From positions 21,454,001-21,518,000 of the forward strand of contig NC_045696.1 in NCBI RefSeq assembly GCF_009834535.1: a stretch of 64,000 nt of DNA. The letters run 5' to 3'. Under the pieces are notes generated by a model. It saw only the letters and a program-made list of their open reading frames with translations, had not been told where the DNA came from and did no database searches. A program made the position numbers and the translations under genes. The stretch comes from Camelus ferus. Taxonomy: Eukaryota. Below, piece after piece: positions 52,481 through 64,000 of this stretch (the stretch's first letter is position 1; every line of letters begins with the position of its first letter).

Positions 52481-55400
52481 AAAATTACTTAATGGATAGA
52501 TAGAAAGAAAAAAATTATCTGCAACCTATCCAAATAAGAACCTTTATTTCATACATAATTTCAAATAATTTCTGACTGGAAATGTTATAAAATTGCCCTT
52601 CTTTTGATACAAAAGAACAAAAATATTGTCATTGATAGTTTCTTAGTCACCACCCTTCTCCAAATTTAAAATTCACTTATAATAGAAATCAGTGAGACTT
52701 AAAAAGAAGTATCACCTCCCATTATTCTAGAAATTAACACAATCTTAGAGCAGATAAATAATTATTACAAACATTTGACTGAACTGTTCAATGTGTCCAC
52801 CTTGTATTGTGCTGAACACTTTTATTAGGGATTCTTATTTGCAGGATACTGTGCACATATCCTATTTATCCTATTTTATTATCTCTCGGATGACTTCACA
52901 GTATATGCCATAGAAATATGTCATTTTAGACTTTAATTGCATACATTTTATGGCTGCTGCCAACATAAGGGTAACGATTAATCGCTTCTGCACTTAGTGA
53001 ACATACTAGGGCCTTTTAAAGGTTTCAATCTTGTTCATTTTTCCGAAAGGTTCATTTAAATGCACAGAAGTACATTTTGATTGACTACCATTCCCACTAT
53101 TTCAATGGTCAAACTAAAAGCCAGGACATTTATCAACAAGAATAAAAACCCACTTGGAATATAGTACAACTGGGAGTAACAACATTGACTAAAACTAGCA
53201 ATTTCAGTTGAAAGACTTTTGCATTGTTTTAAATAAAATGACAAATAAACACCTTATATTAAGTAAGTATTTTTCCAAATGACACAGTTATATACATTTA
53301 GAAACAGAAGTTGTGAGAGCATTAGAGGATGCTTTGTGCTTTTAAGATGCTCTTAAACAAAAGTGCAATCCAACTTTCTATCAAATATTGAATTGAGCAG
53401 TAAGCAGAACTATCTGTAGATTTCACAAAAATTTGCTCTGTGCTCAATTCTCTGCTAGTGACCATGACCCCTGGTTAACTTTTATGCTTTCAATTTGACT
53501 TTGTTCTGGAACATGTTTCCCTGTGTTACTTAGAGTACTTTCAGTTACTCTGGAGGGGGCAGTGTTTTATCCAAAGCAATGGCTGTTCATGATACTGCTT
53601 CTAGAATCTTCGTCAAAGACAGGTTAACTAGTCTTAGGCTCCTGCCATTTAAAATAGATTCAAGGAGTTCAATTTTGCTATGTCCAATCATGCCAAACCA
53701 TACTTACTGTTAGCTGGTTGATTTGGAAGAGCCTTGGAGTAGTTTACAACACTGATTGACTTATGAATGGGAAATGCTATCCCATGAATAGAGGAAACAG
53801 TCAAATGTGAGGGGGCACCATTGACAAGGTCAGGGCACAAGAGACCTAAATCATACCGCTGTGGATCACAGTGTCACACTCATCCTTTGGTAAAACCTCA
53901 ACATTTTTAGCATTATTCTTCCGGATAACATCTTACCTGAGGGAGATGGACAACAAAAAGTTTTAAGTAGCACCTCAGATTACCTAGCTTCTATTCTCAC
54001 AGAGATATGGCTTGACCCATAGAGATAAGATCAAATTCCCTTGTTAGAACACTAGACAGTGAAATAATTTCCTTGGAAGAGAAAGGTAAATTTTAAATCC
54101 TGGGGAAAAGAAGAGATAATAATTATATGATTTGAGAATTCTTTGACCTATCAGTAAACTATTACTTGATAATTAATAAGTAAATGATTTTGTAACTAAT
54201 TAGGGGGTTAGCCCAAATTATGAACAGATTCTCCTCTAGCTTTATTTTCTCATCCTCAATAGTTGTCTGGAAAGTACAAATGGACATTGGAAATCTCTGA
54301 GACCAGATACCCTATACCAACCTCATGAATGAGCAAAATCTTCCCATACTCTGAAGTAACCTTGTTTTTCATAGATACAAATTCTCTATTATGATTGTCA
54401 ATGTCCTTTTACAGTCTACAGGTCAACTTATTCAATTTCTGTTGCTGGAATTTAGTTTACACAGTATCTGGCTCACCTAAATTTCATTGAAGAAATAACC
54501 AATGACTGTCCCCAAAACTGCCCATATATGATGATGCACCTTCTCTGCAAGTACTCACGACATCTAATTTATTCATGGCAGAAAGGGTCTAATAACACTT
54601 TCAGTGATTGGAGGGACCACTTTTAATTACATCCACAGATCAAGAAGTAAGAAGTATAGTGAGTTTTTAAAAAATTTTACTTAACTTCTGAACCATCTGA
54701 TCTCTGAATCATAGACCCAAGTTGATGCCCTGATTTCAATGTCTACATATCTTCCATTGTGGAAGTTAAAAAAAAATGTAGCTGTCATCCTGAAAAAAAA
54801 AAAAAATCTGGTAACACAGTCTCAGTCTCACCATTTTTCTCTGAAAGCACAAAATACATTTTTTTTGGTTGTAGCACCTCATCATCTGCCACAACTATTA
54901 AGTTTTGAACATAGTGAACACTGTCTCAGTGACTTACTACACTTTTCAGTCTTGCCCAAATATTTATTCTCTAAATGCAGATTTCTTTGCATCTTTGGGC
55001 CAAAAAATGGCAATTGAAAATCTATGTTAATTAACTTACAATTTACAGTAAACCTAGATATGACACCAGCTGACACAACTCTTTGCTTCTTTCAAAACTG
55101 GACTGTGGTTAGGGACATCAGAACAGTAGGGAACACTAGAATTGAACAGAAGCATAAACACAAGTGCTCACTTTTAGTGATGGCATTGGGCACAGACTGC
55201 TTTGAGACATGTTCAAATCATTCTAAGAGGTATGCAAGTGGAAGATGATTTGGAACTTAATATGAGCCAGGAATCCCATTTCTTATGAAACAAATGAATA
55301 AATATCACACATTTGTACAAATAGGAGTCCAGGGCCTCTGGGGAAAGACAACCCATTCATTGCTGTGTCATCAGAATTATTTTAAAAAGTCAGAAATATT

Positions 55401-56122
55401 CAAAATAACATTTTCTACAATTCTAGGAAACAGAAAACAGCCAGACTGTTATTAGGTACAGATATGTTTTAATTGAGTTGGTTTTCTAGACAGGTATCAC
55501 TGCATTTTTCTATCCTAAGTGTAAATAGGACAATGTCAACTTTATGCTAATTCATATACCAATATATTCTAATTTAAGTTTATGTAATTATAGAGAATTT
55601 ATTTAAGTGCATACTGACAACTATCTTTCCAAATCAATTGTTCTCATGCATTAATTTTTCAAGCAGGTATATAATCCTTGACCTGTTTAAAAGAACTGCA
55701 TCTTGCTATCCCACAAATAACCACCAAGTGTGGATATCTATTTTCTTCTGTTTCCTCATCCAGCTTTCTACAGAGCAGAGCAGCAACAAATAGGATTATA
55801 TCCTATAACCTTGTACACTGTCCTATAGCGTCACCAAATTGTATAGGAGGTTTTTAGAAAGCACTGATAAAATAGCCAGAGAGACAAAGTTGGGATCTTT
55901 GATTTCCCTAATTCTGACAGTCTGATGAGACCCTGTGTAAATAGCACAGCTGTGTTGAAACACATGCACCATCACCTCGACTTCTGGGTGATCTGACTGT
56001 TCATGTGTCATTGCTTTCCTCTTTACTCATCACTATAGCGAGCTGTTAGTATGACAGATTGGCTACTCATTTCTGTTTCTGTGGTTGTAGATGCCCAAAC
56101 AAAAATAATATGATTTAACGTC

Positions 56123-56659
56123 TGTGGTAAACAGAATAAAGCCCCTCCCATTCCTACAAAGATGGCCACGCCGTAGTCCCTGGAACCAGAGAATATGTTC
56201 TATTACATGGCAAAGGATCTCTGCAAGGAAGTAAAGGTCACATACTTTATGGAGATTGCACTGGATTATCTGGATGAGACTGGTGTAACCATCTGGGACT
56301 TTACAAATGGAAAAGGAAGGCAGAAAGTCAGAGGGATAGGACAGTGGACGAAGCAGGAGTGATTCAAAGTTTGAAAGAGATTTGATCTGTCTTTGCTGAC
56401 TTTGAAAATGGAAGAATGTGGCCAAGAGCCATACAATGTGGTTCATCTCTGGAAGCTGAGATGGGCAGCCAACAAGGGACTGACCTGAGAAGCAGAGCCC
56501 CACAGACACCTCATTTACACCTAGTGTGATTCTGAGCAGAGACCCATTGGAGTCATGCTGTTCTTGGACTTCTCCCCATGGAAACAACAGATTTTGGATT
56601 TTACTTTAATCCATTGTATCTGTGCTAATTTGTTATAGCGGCAAGAGAAAGCCCATACA
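56123..56659 (+). mobile_element. MaLR solo LTR (MLT1D/E-like)
   Basis: TGTGGTAAACAGAATAA...CCCTGGAACC...TTACATGGCAAAGG...GCTAATTTGTTATAGCGGCAAGAGAAAGCCCATACA. Confidence 0.88.
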
Positions 56660-56872
56660 GTGTGAGACTTACCAGTTTTTATCCTTGAGAGTTAGTGGTC
56701 ATCTAGGACCTAAATAGTACAGATATTTAACTTTGGTTATTCTTTAAAACTTATTAAGCCCCTGTATTTGAAAAGACAGCATCAATTTTAGTTGAGAAAA
56801 GTCTGAATTTACATGTAATAAGGATTCAAGGCAGTTTATTATACCACTGATTTACAGAAGTGTATAGGTAAC

Positions 56873-57375
56873 TATATTAGTGCACTATTACTGCCATAAC
56901 AAATTACAAGTATAGCAGCTTAAAAGGAACAAATTTATTATCTTACATTTCTATAGGTCAGAATTACAACATGAGACCCACAGGGCTGAAATCAAGGTGT
57001 TAGCAGACCTGTGTTTCTTTCTGGAGGTTCTAGGGGAGGGTCAGTTTCCTTACCTTTTCTGGCTTTTAGAGGCAGCCTGAATTCCTGCATTCTTCCTCCA
57101 GTCTTCAAAGCCAGCCACATTGTACCTCTCCGATCATTATTGCCAGTTTACATCTCCTTCTTACCATAGGTAGGAAACGGTCCTCCTTTTTTAAGGACTC
57201 ATGTGATTCAATTGGGCCCAACCAGATAATTCAGGATAATCTCCCCTTCTCAAGGTCCCTACCCTTCACCACATCTGCAAATTCCCTCATGCTGTGTAAG
57301 ATAACAGAGTAACAGGTTTTACAGGTTAGGACATGGACATCTTCTTGGAGAAGTATCATTATTCTGCCTGCCACA
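56873..57375 (-). mobile_element. MaLR solo LTR (MLT1D-like)
   Basis: TATTAG...GCCATAACAAATTAC...GCAGCTTAAAA...CATTATTCTGCCTGCCACA. Confidence 0.9.
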
Positions 57376-57819
57376 GAAAAAAATACAATCATTACGCATT
57401 CAAAACAAGGTAATAATTTCCCGTTTGGTTTTTTTTTTTCCCTACAGAACAAATGAGAGGCATTTGCAAAATATAGCCAAAAGTCTCGATTCTGATTCAT
57501 AATGAGTCCTGCAGTGACCCTCCCTCATTACTGTCTGTGCCAAGATGTTGTTTTCTTATATTTAGGCTTCTCATTTCAGTATATTTATTAATCAAACAAA
57601 GCACCCTTTAAATACAATCTTTATTGATAATGTTCATCTTTTTGCAGACTTGACAACCCTCAAAACATGTTAAATAATGCTGACTCTTTTATATATAAAT
57701 AATGTTTTTTACATATAACTTCAAGAATCATTTTTATTTCTGTTTATAGAGGGTCAAAAACTGTGCCTCTTGGAATCAAAATTTTCTATTTGTTTTTAAC
57801 TGTAGACCCAGCATATCAT

Positions 57820-58019
57820 TGTATTTACAACCATTTACACAGTTTTTATATTGTATTAGCTACAATAAGTAATCTAGAGATGATTTAAAGTATCCAGGAG
57901 GAAGTGCTTATGTTATATGCAAATACTATACCATTTTACATAAGGGACTAGAGCATCCATGAATTTTGGTATCTGTGAGGGTCTTGGAATTGATCCCCCT
58001 CAGATACTGGGGACGAGTA
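57820..58019 (+). mobile_element. MER2 (TcMar-Tigger) 3' part
   Basis: AAGTAATCTAGAGATGATTTAAAGTAT...TTATATGCAAATACTATACCATTTTAC...GAGCATCCATGAATTTTGGTATCTG. Confidence 0.85.
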
Positions 58020-58439
58020 TATAGTCAAAGTTGAATAAAGTACATCTATACCATACAATTCCCAATTCAGAAGAGCATAATAAATCAATCAGTACATAGA
58101 ACTACCCTTAGGGAAAACAAAGTCAATTAATTTATGTAAATATAATTATTTAGAAGGTTTATGGTCTTCATTTTTTTGTAATTTCTTTTTTTTATTTATT
58201 CAAGAATAACATCACCTAAAGTTTAAAAATACTTAAGAATCTCATATTAGCTGTTTGGCTCTTTTTTATTTTCTTCTTCTTCTCCTCCTCTTCCTTCTCC
58301 TTCAAAATTCTCTGCTAGTGAGGACTTTCATTTCTAGCCAAGATGCAGGGAACTGGACCAAATTTGCCTTCGTGCCTGAAAGAACAACAAAAATGGGCAA
58401 AATACATCAAACAGCATTTTTTGAGGGAGAGGCCAGTTT

Positions 58440-58765
58440 GCATCACTGGAAGATATAAATATATATCTATTAGAATGGTTAAATTTGAAATAGCTGATAC
58501 TACCAAGTATTGATGAGGATGTGAAGGGACTGTAAGTTTCTTACACTGCTGATCAGAATGTAAGATGGCACAACCATTTTACAAGAATGAAAGATTACTT
58601 AGTGGCACCAGGAAACTTCTGCAAGTGATGGGGATTATATATTAATTACCTTGATATTGCAGGTAGTTTCACAGGAGTAGAACTCTGTAGAATATCTTCA
58701 AATTGATGTATGAAATACATGAAATTTATTTGTATGTCAATTGCTTTACACTCCAAGCCAATAAA
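58440..58765 (+). mobile_element. L1ME-type fragment
   Basis: TTAGAATGGTTAAA...ATACTACCAAGTATTGATGAGGATGTG...CACTGCTGA..GAATGTAAGATGGCACAACCATTTT. Confidence 0.7.
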
Positions 58766-60299
58766 AGTCCTGGTAATAAATGATACCTAGATGTCTCACC
58801 TAGTAAGCAGGATGCTTCCATATGATCTTGAATGAAATATTAACTGTAGAAGTATTTGCTATCTGCAGTAAAAACACATTTTTGCCATAGGCAAATAAGC
58901 TTTGTGTATGTGATGTCTTGAACATCCATTGACTGCTTTAGGATGTTACATGGAATTTTTAAATTGTAGTAGACTGTAGGTAAAATACTTAAAAGAGATT
59001 CTCAGCTTGTTGAAAACCACAAACTATATTGCAATGTTTTATTCCAAAGGTAGTTGTATTTTAGTGATAAGTGAGGGGCACGTTTATAGGGTCTACAGGA
59101 CCCCACTGAAGTTTTTAATTTAGGATTTCAATCTAATGAGTTAAATTTATTGTGCCAAAGAGACATTTGCTATTGGCCACTTCCATACACTGGACATAGA
59201 ACTTGAAAATGCATGCTTTTTTGAGTTTCAGAAACAATTAGCTAAATACATCATTTTAGAAATTATGTATTTTATATAATTCTAGTAACAGAAAAATTTA
59301 AATGGACTTGCATGATTTATTTCATATAACCAATTATAAATACCTGGATATTATGTAAAATAATACATAGCTCAATAATCTTGTTTTAAAAACTGCATAA
59401 TTTTCTGAAGAAGTATATTTCTAGGGTTTGAATTTTACCAAGAAGTGTTGACAAATATTATGGTTAAAAATGTCCCTTTATCAGTTATAAATTTACAGAA
59501 ATACTTATGTAAAATGATAACCACATATATTTAGATATCCAGTGCTCTTTGAAAAGATGGAAGAAAGACACAAGAGACCATATTTTGAGTCCCTTTGGTG
59601 TTTCTAGAAAATATGCATAGGAGAATCTTTTTCCAATTTTACCATACTTTCAAACATCTGCATGAAAAGTTTACTCCAAATTTTAGTAAGGTCTATTGGA
59701 CTCAAAATAACTTTTGAGAGAAGAGAAGAATACTGTTTAGTTTACAACTATTTTCTAAAGTGGACCTAACCTCCAGATACAAAAAATAAAAAATGTTTCT
59801 TTTATTGAGTATCTTATTTACATCAAATACCCACTATTTTCAAGGACTTTATACTGCCTAGCATGTATTTTCTTCCCAGTCTATACTGTTCTTGTACATC
59901 CATAATGACATGACACTGGGATTATGTGGGGATCTGCCTGAGTTCCTATTAGTCCACCTCGTGAGCTGTAAGTGAGCTTTTCCGTGTGTTCAACACTAAG
60001 CTTTTCTCAGTGGCGAATCACAATCACCAGAAAATACAAACCTAACAATTTCTCCTCCCCAATATTTGTGCCTTAAGTCTATTCAAATTGAAAAACACGG
60101 TAATTAACACGAAAATATAAAAGCTTAACAACAGTGCTATCTCCTAAGAACTCTTTGCCTATTTAATTACCAATTTTGTTACCTATTCTTTTAGTTGGCA
60201 TTGAAATCGTAACTCTAAGAGCTGAGATAGGTAATGGATTTCATCTTTTGAATGAACTCCAGCAAAGTAACAGAGATTATCAGTTTAGCATCTTGAATT

Positions 60300-60595
60300 C
60301 TGTAGCCACAACGGCTCTTCTGCCTGTGGGGGAGAAAGTGGTTGTCCGTTTTATGTTAATATCCTCTGTTCAAGAGCAGCCAGCACTCAAGCTATTCTTT
60401 GGTCTGTGTTAACCGTGTAAGAGACAATCATGCATCTGGTTAATGGTGTTTCAATTTGTTTATTCTTCCGTTTAAAAACGGAATAACATGTTCTACCAAC
60501 CGTAAGTGTTTAGTTTTCTCTGGAATATTGTCAGTTCCGTATTTGATGTGACTCTCCGGAAAGAACTGTCTGTGTGAGTTGCGCATGCCTTAGAA
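60300..60595. promoter_or_regulatory. Candidate MYB-motif-rich promoter or enhancer
   Basis: CAACGG, CCGTTT (twice), GTTAACCGT, AAACGG, CAACCG, GTCAGTT, AACTGTC, CCGGAA and TGCGCATGCC within ~290 bp of non-repeat-looking DNA. Confidence 0.45.
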
Positions 60596-61574
60596 GTTAG
60601 AGATGCCATGGAATTCATCACTAAGCAAAGGATAACTATTTCTCAAGGGGAGCCAAATCTCTTACCAAGATAGTAGAGAAGAATGTTCATTAACCCATAT
60701 TCACATTTAAAAAATGGAACAAATTCTCAGGATGCAGTGGTATCTACTTTGAAGTTGCCATTCAGTTCATTTGAGTCAAAAACAAATATATAATAATATT
60801 TTTAAACTCTATTCTCCTAGGTGTCAATTAACTTTTTTTGGTTAATATAAAAATGTTTTCTACTTCCCACATAATACTACTTGAACCATAAAATCCTCCC
60901 TATTTATATATAGTAAAATCATTTTTTTTATTTGAAATTTTATCAGGCTATGTCAGATGATGTATAGAATTCTGTACAGCTTTTACTAAGTATAGCAAGT
61001 TTTCAAAATAATTTAGTTTCAATTTTTAATGAAATTGTACTTAATATTCATATCTGGGGAAAACTTTCAAAAATATACTATTTTGAGGCTACTTTCATGT
61101 TTTATTTCATTATTCTTTTTCAAACTCTCTCTTGATTTTGAAAATTATTTTGTCATTTTCTCTTCATTTTTCAATATTGTTCCTCCTGAGAAAATTATTT
61201 ATTAATATGAAAAATATTGCCATCACTCTGAATGTTTAAAGGTTGATGTAAACTAAAATCTGCGAAACAGATTTATGGAGACATTTTAAAATACATTTTC
61301 TATTTCTCTCTATAACAATTCACTTGGCTTTGCAGAAAGTTTTGACATTAAAATTTGGATGTGATATTGTATGTCATGGCAACTTGTTGCACTTATCAAA
61401 GTCTCCACATTGAAAGAAAGACACTCTTCCCTTTTTAAAGCAATAACCTCTCTCAAATCTGTGTTAAAGTACATAAGTTAATCATAATTGAAGTATAAAT
61501 ATCATGCCCAAGACATTTAAAAATTCAATAAGTCAAGAGCAGTATGATTTTAACATTATACAAAAATAGGATTG

Positions 61575-62190
61575 TGGTAGATCTAAAATTTCATCTAGTC
61601 CAACCATGCTTCTAATAACTAAACTCAATACCACCCCACTAAGTGCCGTCTAGGATGTACCTGATCACTCCCAGCTAGGAGGAAGTCAGTGAATCTTCAG
61701 GCAATCATTTCATCTTAGGACACCTCTTCTTCAACCACTGAATCCAGTTCTAACCTATAGGACCATTAAGATCAAATCAAAATGCATATCCTCTCCCACA
61801 AGAGAGTTTTCAAATATTTGGCAAGCATCTTTCTCCACTCCAGTTAAATATTCCACAGTCTTTCATATTCATTGCAAATTTAGCAAATTTAAATTCTCTT
61901 CTTTCAAGCTTGCTTTTTCTCTGAGTTTAACCCAATTAGTCCAGATGTCTTCAAACCCATATTATCCATTCTGAGAGAAATCCTCTATGTGGAATCTAAC
62001 CTATAACAACTAGAAGTAAATCATTACCTCCTGTGATACAAATGTCATGCTTCTTCTGTTATCATTGACTAAGATCACATCCAGCCTATATAATGACCAA
62101 TTACGATGTCCAATAAAATCCTTATGTCTCTTCCACATATGCTTCCCCACCCCCTCGTTTCTCTCATCTTGAACCCATGTAATGGACATT
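61575..62190 (-). mobile_element. CR1/L3 fragment
   Basis: TCATCTAGTCCAACC...CAGGCAATCATTTCATCT...CCAGTTCTAACCT motifs typical of the reverse complement of the L3 3' end. Confidence 0.6.
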
Positions 62191-62799
62191 AGAATTTCAA
62201 GCAGATAAGCAAATAGTTTTGTTATTTATAAAGATTTAGTCAGTAATAAACCTTGGGATCCTACACACTTAAAATTAATATGTAAATTAATTTCTTGGAT
62301 TCAAAGAATACAGCTTCTTATTAAGAACATGAGCTCTAGTGGCAACCTGTGTGGATCTCCAGAATAAGTGTCATCATCTCTAAAGTGAGGATAATATGAC
62401 AGCCTACCCTGAAAGAAGGTGTGTGGATAAAAAGAGAGAATTTTCATTGTATCTTTTCATAATAGCTAGGACAGTAAGCACTGAAATTATTGATAAAGAT
62501 GATGGCAATAGGTGAGGTTTGATGGAGCCAATCTCTCACTTGTCATTAAAGTTCTTTTTAAAAACTGAATTACAGCACTAAAATCTGTCTTATCTTAATA
62601 CAAGGAAGAATATACTTTATACCTACATATAATATATACGTATATATATAAGAGCCCTTATCTAATAAATATATATAAGAATATATATGCATACATATAT
62701 ATGTGAGAGCCCTTATCTAATGAGAGATAGACATGCACAAAGCAAATTGGAAATTAACATGCAGACTGTACGCAGTGTATGTCTTCAGTAAAAATGAAA

Positions 62800-63660
62800 T
62801 AGTGATGTACTTGTACTCAGGTATGTCTGGAGAAATCAAGGTGGTCTCCCCAGAGGAAACAGGACTTGAAGTCAAAACAGAAGATGAATAAGAGCCTTTC
62901 AAGGAACCCAGCAAATGTATGATGTCCTGGGAAGACAGCAAGAATTACCCAGGTCTACAACAAAGCATGACATTATTCAGGGATAAGGAGTGGTTAAAAC
63001 ATAAATTGTGAGAAACAGAGGGGAGGAGAGGAGACTTACCAGGCTGATACTTCACGATGAGATTGCAAATTATATATACAATCTTCGATTCCTATCTTAC
63101 ATACTGAGGGAAATTACGGGATAAGCAGGTGAATATTAACCCATGTTAATGCTATAACCATATTATTAAGTTTGAGAGATGAGTGTGACGGAACTAGAAC
63201 ATACAAAATTGAGCAAAAGTGTGCCTGAGAGCAGGGAAATCTGTTAAAAAAAAAAAAAAAAAAGAAAGAAAGAAAGAAAGAAAGAAACGTAACAGTTCAA
63301 TTAGGGAGATATGAGAATCTAATGCAAGAAAATAGTAATCAAAATGTGAATTGCAGATAGTTGTGGGGGATACTAGCAGTGAAACATTTTGGAGTATTAA
63401 TGTGGAAACTTATGAGCAGAGATTTGGGAGAAAATTGAGGTTTCCTGTTTTGAAACAGGAGAGAAGGTGGTTTCACTCCATGAAACAGAGACTAGGAAAG
63501 GGTTACAAGTTGGAAGAAGTAAGCAATTATTAGATTACATTTTAAGCTTACAGATTTAAGAGCGTTCGAAGCCCCAAAAAGGATGGAGGAGAATGAGAGG
63601 GATTTGGGGAAATCAGGAGAACTCTAGGTCCGAGCCTTACGGAAAGCCTGTGATTACAGG
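62800..63660 (-). mobile_element. Degenerate L2 fragment
   Basis: Purine-rich plus strand with L2-like blocks (CCCAGAGGAAACAGGACTTGAAG...GAAGATGAATAAGAG, and CTAGGTCCGAGCC). Confidence 0.55.
63246..63287. repeat. Poly(A) followed by (GAAA)n microsatellite
   Basis: Seen directly. Confidence 0.95.
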
Positions 63661-63775
63661 GCGTGTTTTGATGTGCGCGTTTGCGTGCCGAGGGAAGACG
63701 TCAGTAGGTAGATGGAAGGTACGTGAAATCGAACCAAATCCCCCGGCAAAGGGCAGAATCTCATACCAGGTAAGT
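63555..63775 (+). promoter_or_regulatory. CpG micro-island; candidate promoter or first exon ending at a strong 5' splice site
   Basis: 13 CpGs hand-counted in ~185 bp, GACGTCA at 63697-63703, and donors AAG|GTACGT (63719) and CAG|GTAAGT (63770). Confidence 0.45.
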
Positions 63776-64000
63776 GGGTTGCCTTTGTGGAAAAGGGATG
63801 CTTTCCTTTGAGACAGGCAGGAAGGAGAAATGCCAAGGTGCTGGTGCAGATATACATGCGAGAGAGGGGGGAAATTTTAAAGAAATTCCTTCCTGATAGT
63901 CTTCATTTTTCTGCAAATAGGAAAGCAGAATAATCTGGTAAATGTGAAGAGACAGCATTGAAGTTATGCGCTTTAATAACAAAGTTGTAAAATAGTTGCT

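Noticed and set aside
56063..56587. 174-aa minus-strand ORF
   Set aside because: It lies almost entirely antisense within an MLT1 LTR and has no recognisable protein features.
1..64000. A novel multi-gene biological system
   Set aside because: There are no intact host or mobile-element genes and no operon-like organisation. The remaining short ORFs match what chance produces in AT-rich mammalian non-coding DNA.

Overview
This is AT-rich, CpG-depleted placental-mammal genomic DNA, intergenic or deep intronic. It is probably camelid (alpaca, llama or camel), inferred from a tRNA-Ala-derived SINE and the 3' UTR type of the youngest L1. I recognised no Alu, B1, Bov-A or PRE-1 SINEs. I found no supportable host protein-coding gene, rRNA, functional tRNA or CRISPR array. 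The only ORFs with recognisable homology come from retroelements: an L1 ORF2 C-terminus (33305-33850, +) and an ERV-L reverse transcriptase fragment (37351-37563, -). Much of the window is layered transposon debris: L1, L2, CR1/L3, MIR, MaLR/MLT1, MLT2, ERV-L internal sequence, ERV1-type solo LTRs, MER20, MER33 and MER2. Family names are recalled from consensus sequences and were not verified by search. The most interesting non-repeat signals are at the right end. One is a ~300 bp cluster at 60.3-60.6 kb where most retained CpGs sit in MYB-type motifs, next to NRF1-like and ETS-like sites and a GTAAGT donor. The other is a CpG micro-island with a CRE-like site and strong splice donors at 63.56-63.78 kb. 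Both are candidate germline or meiotic promoters or enhancers. Smaller oddities are a SINE whose target-site duplication (TSD) encloses ~67 bp of extra sequence and a young solo LTR with a duplicated 5' end. I cannot support a claim of a novel biological system from this sequence alone.
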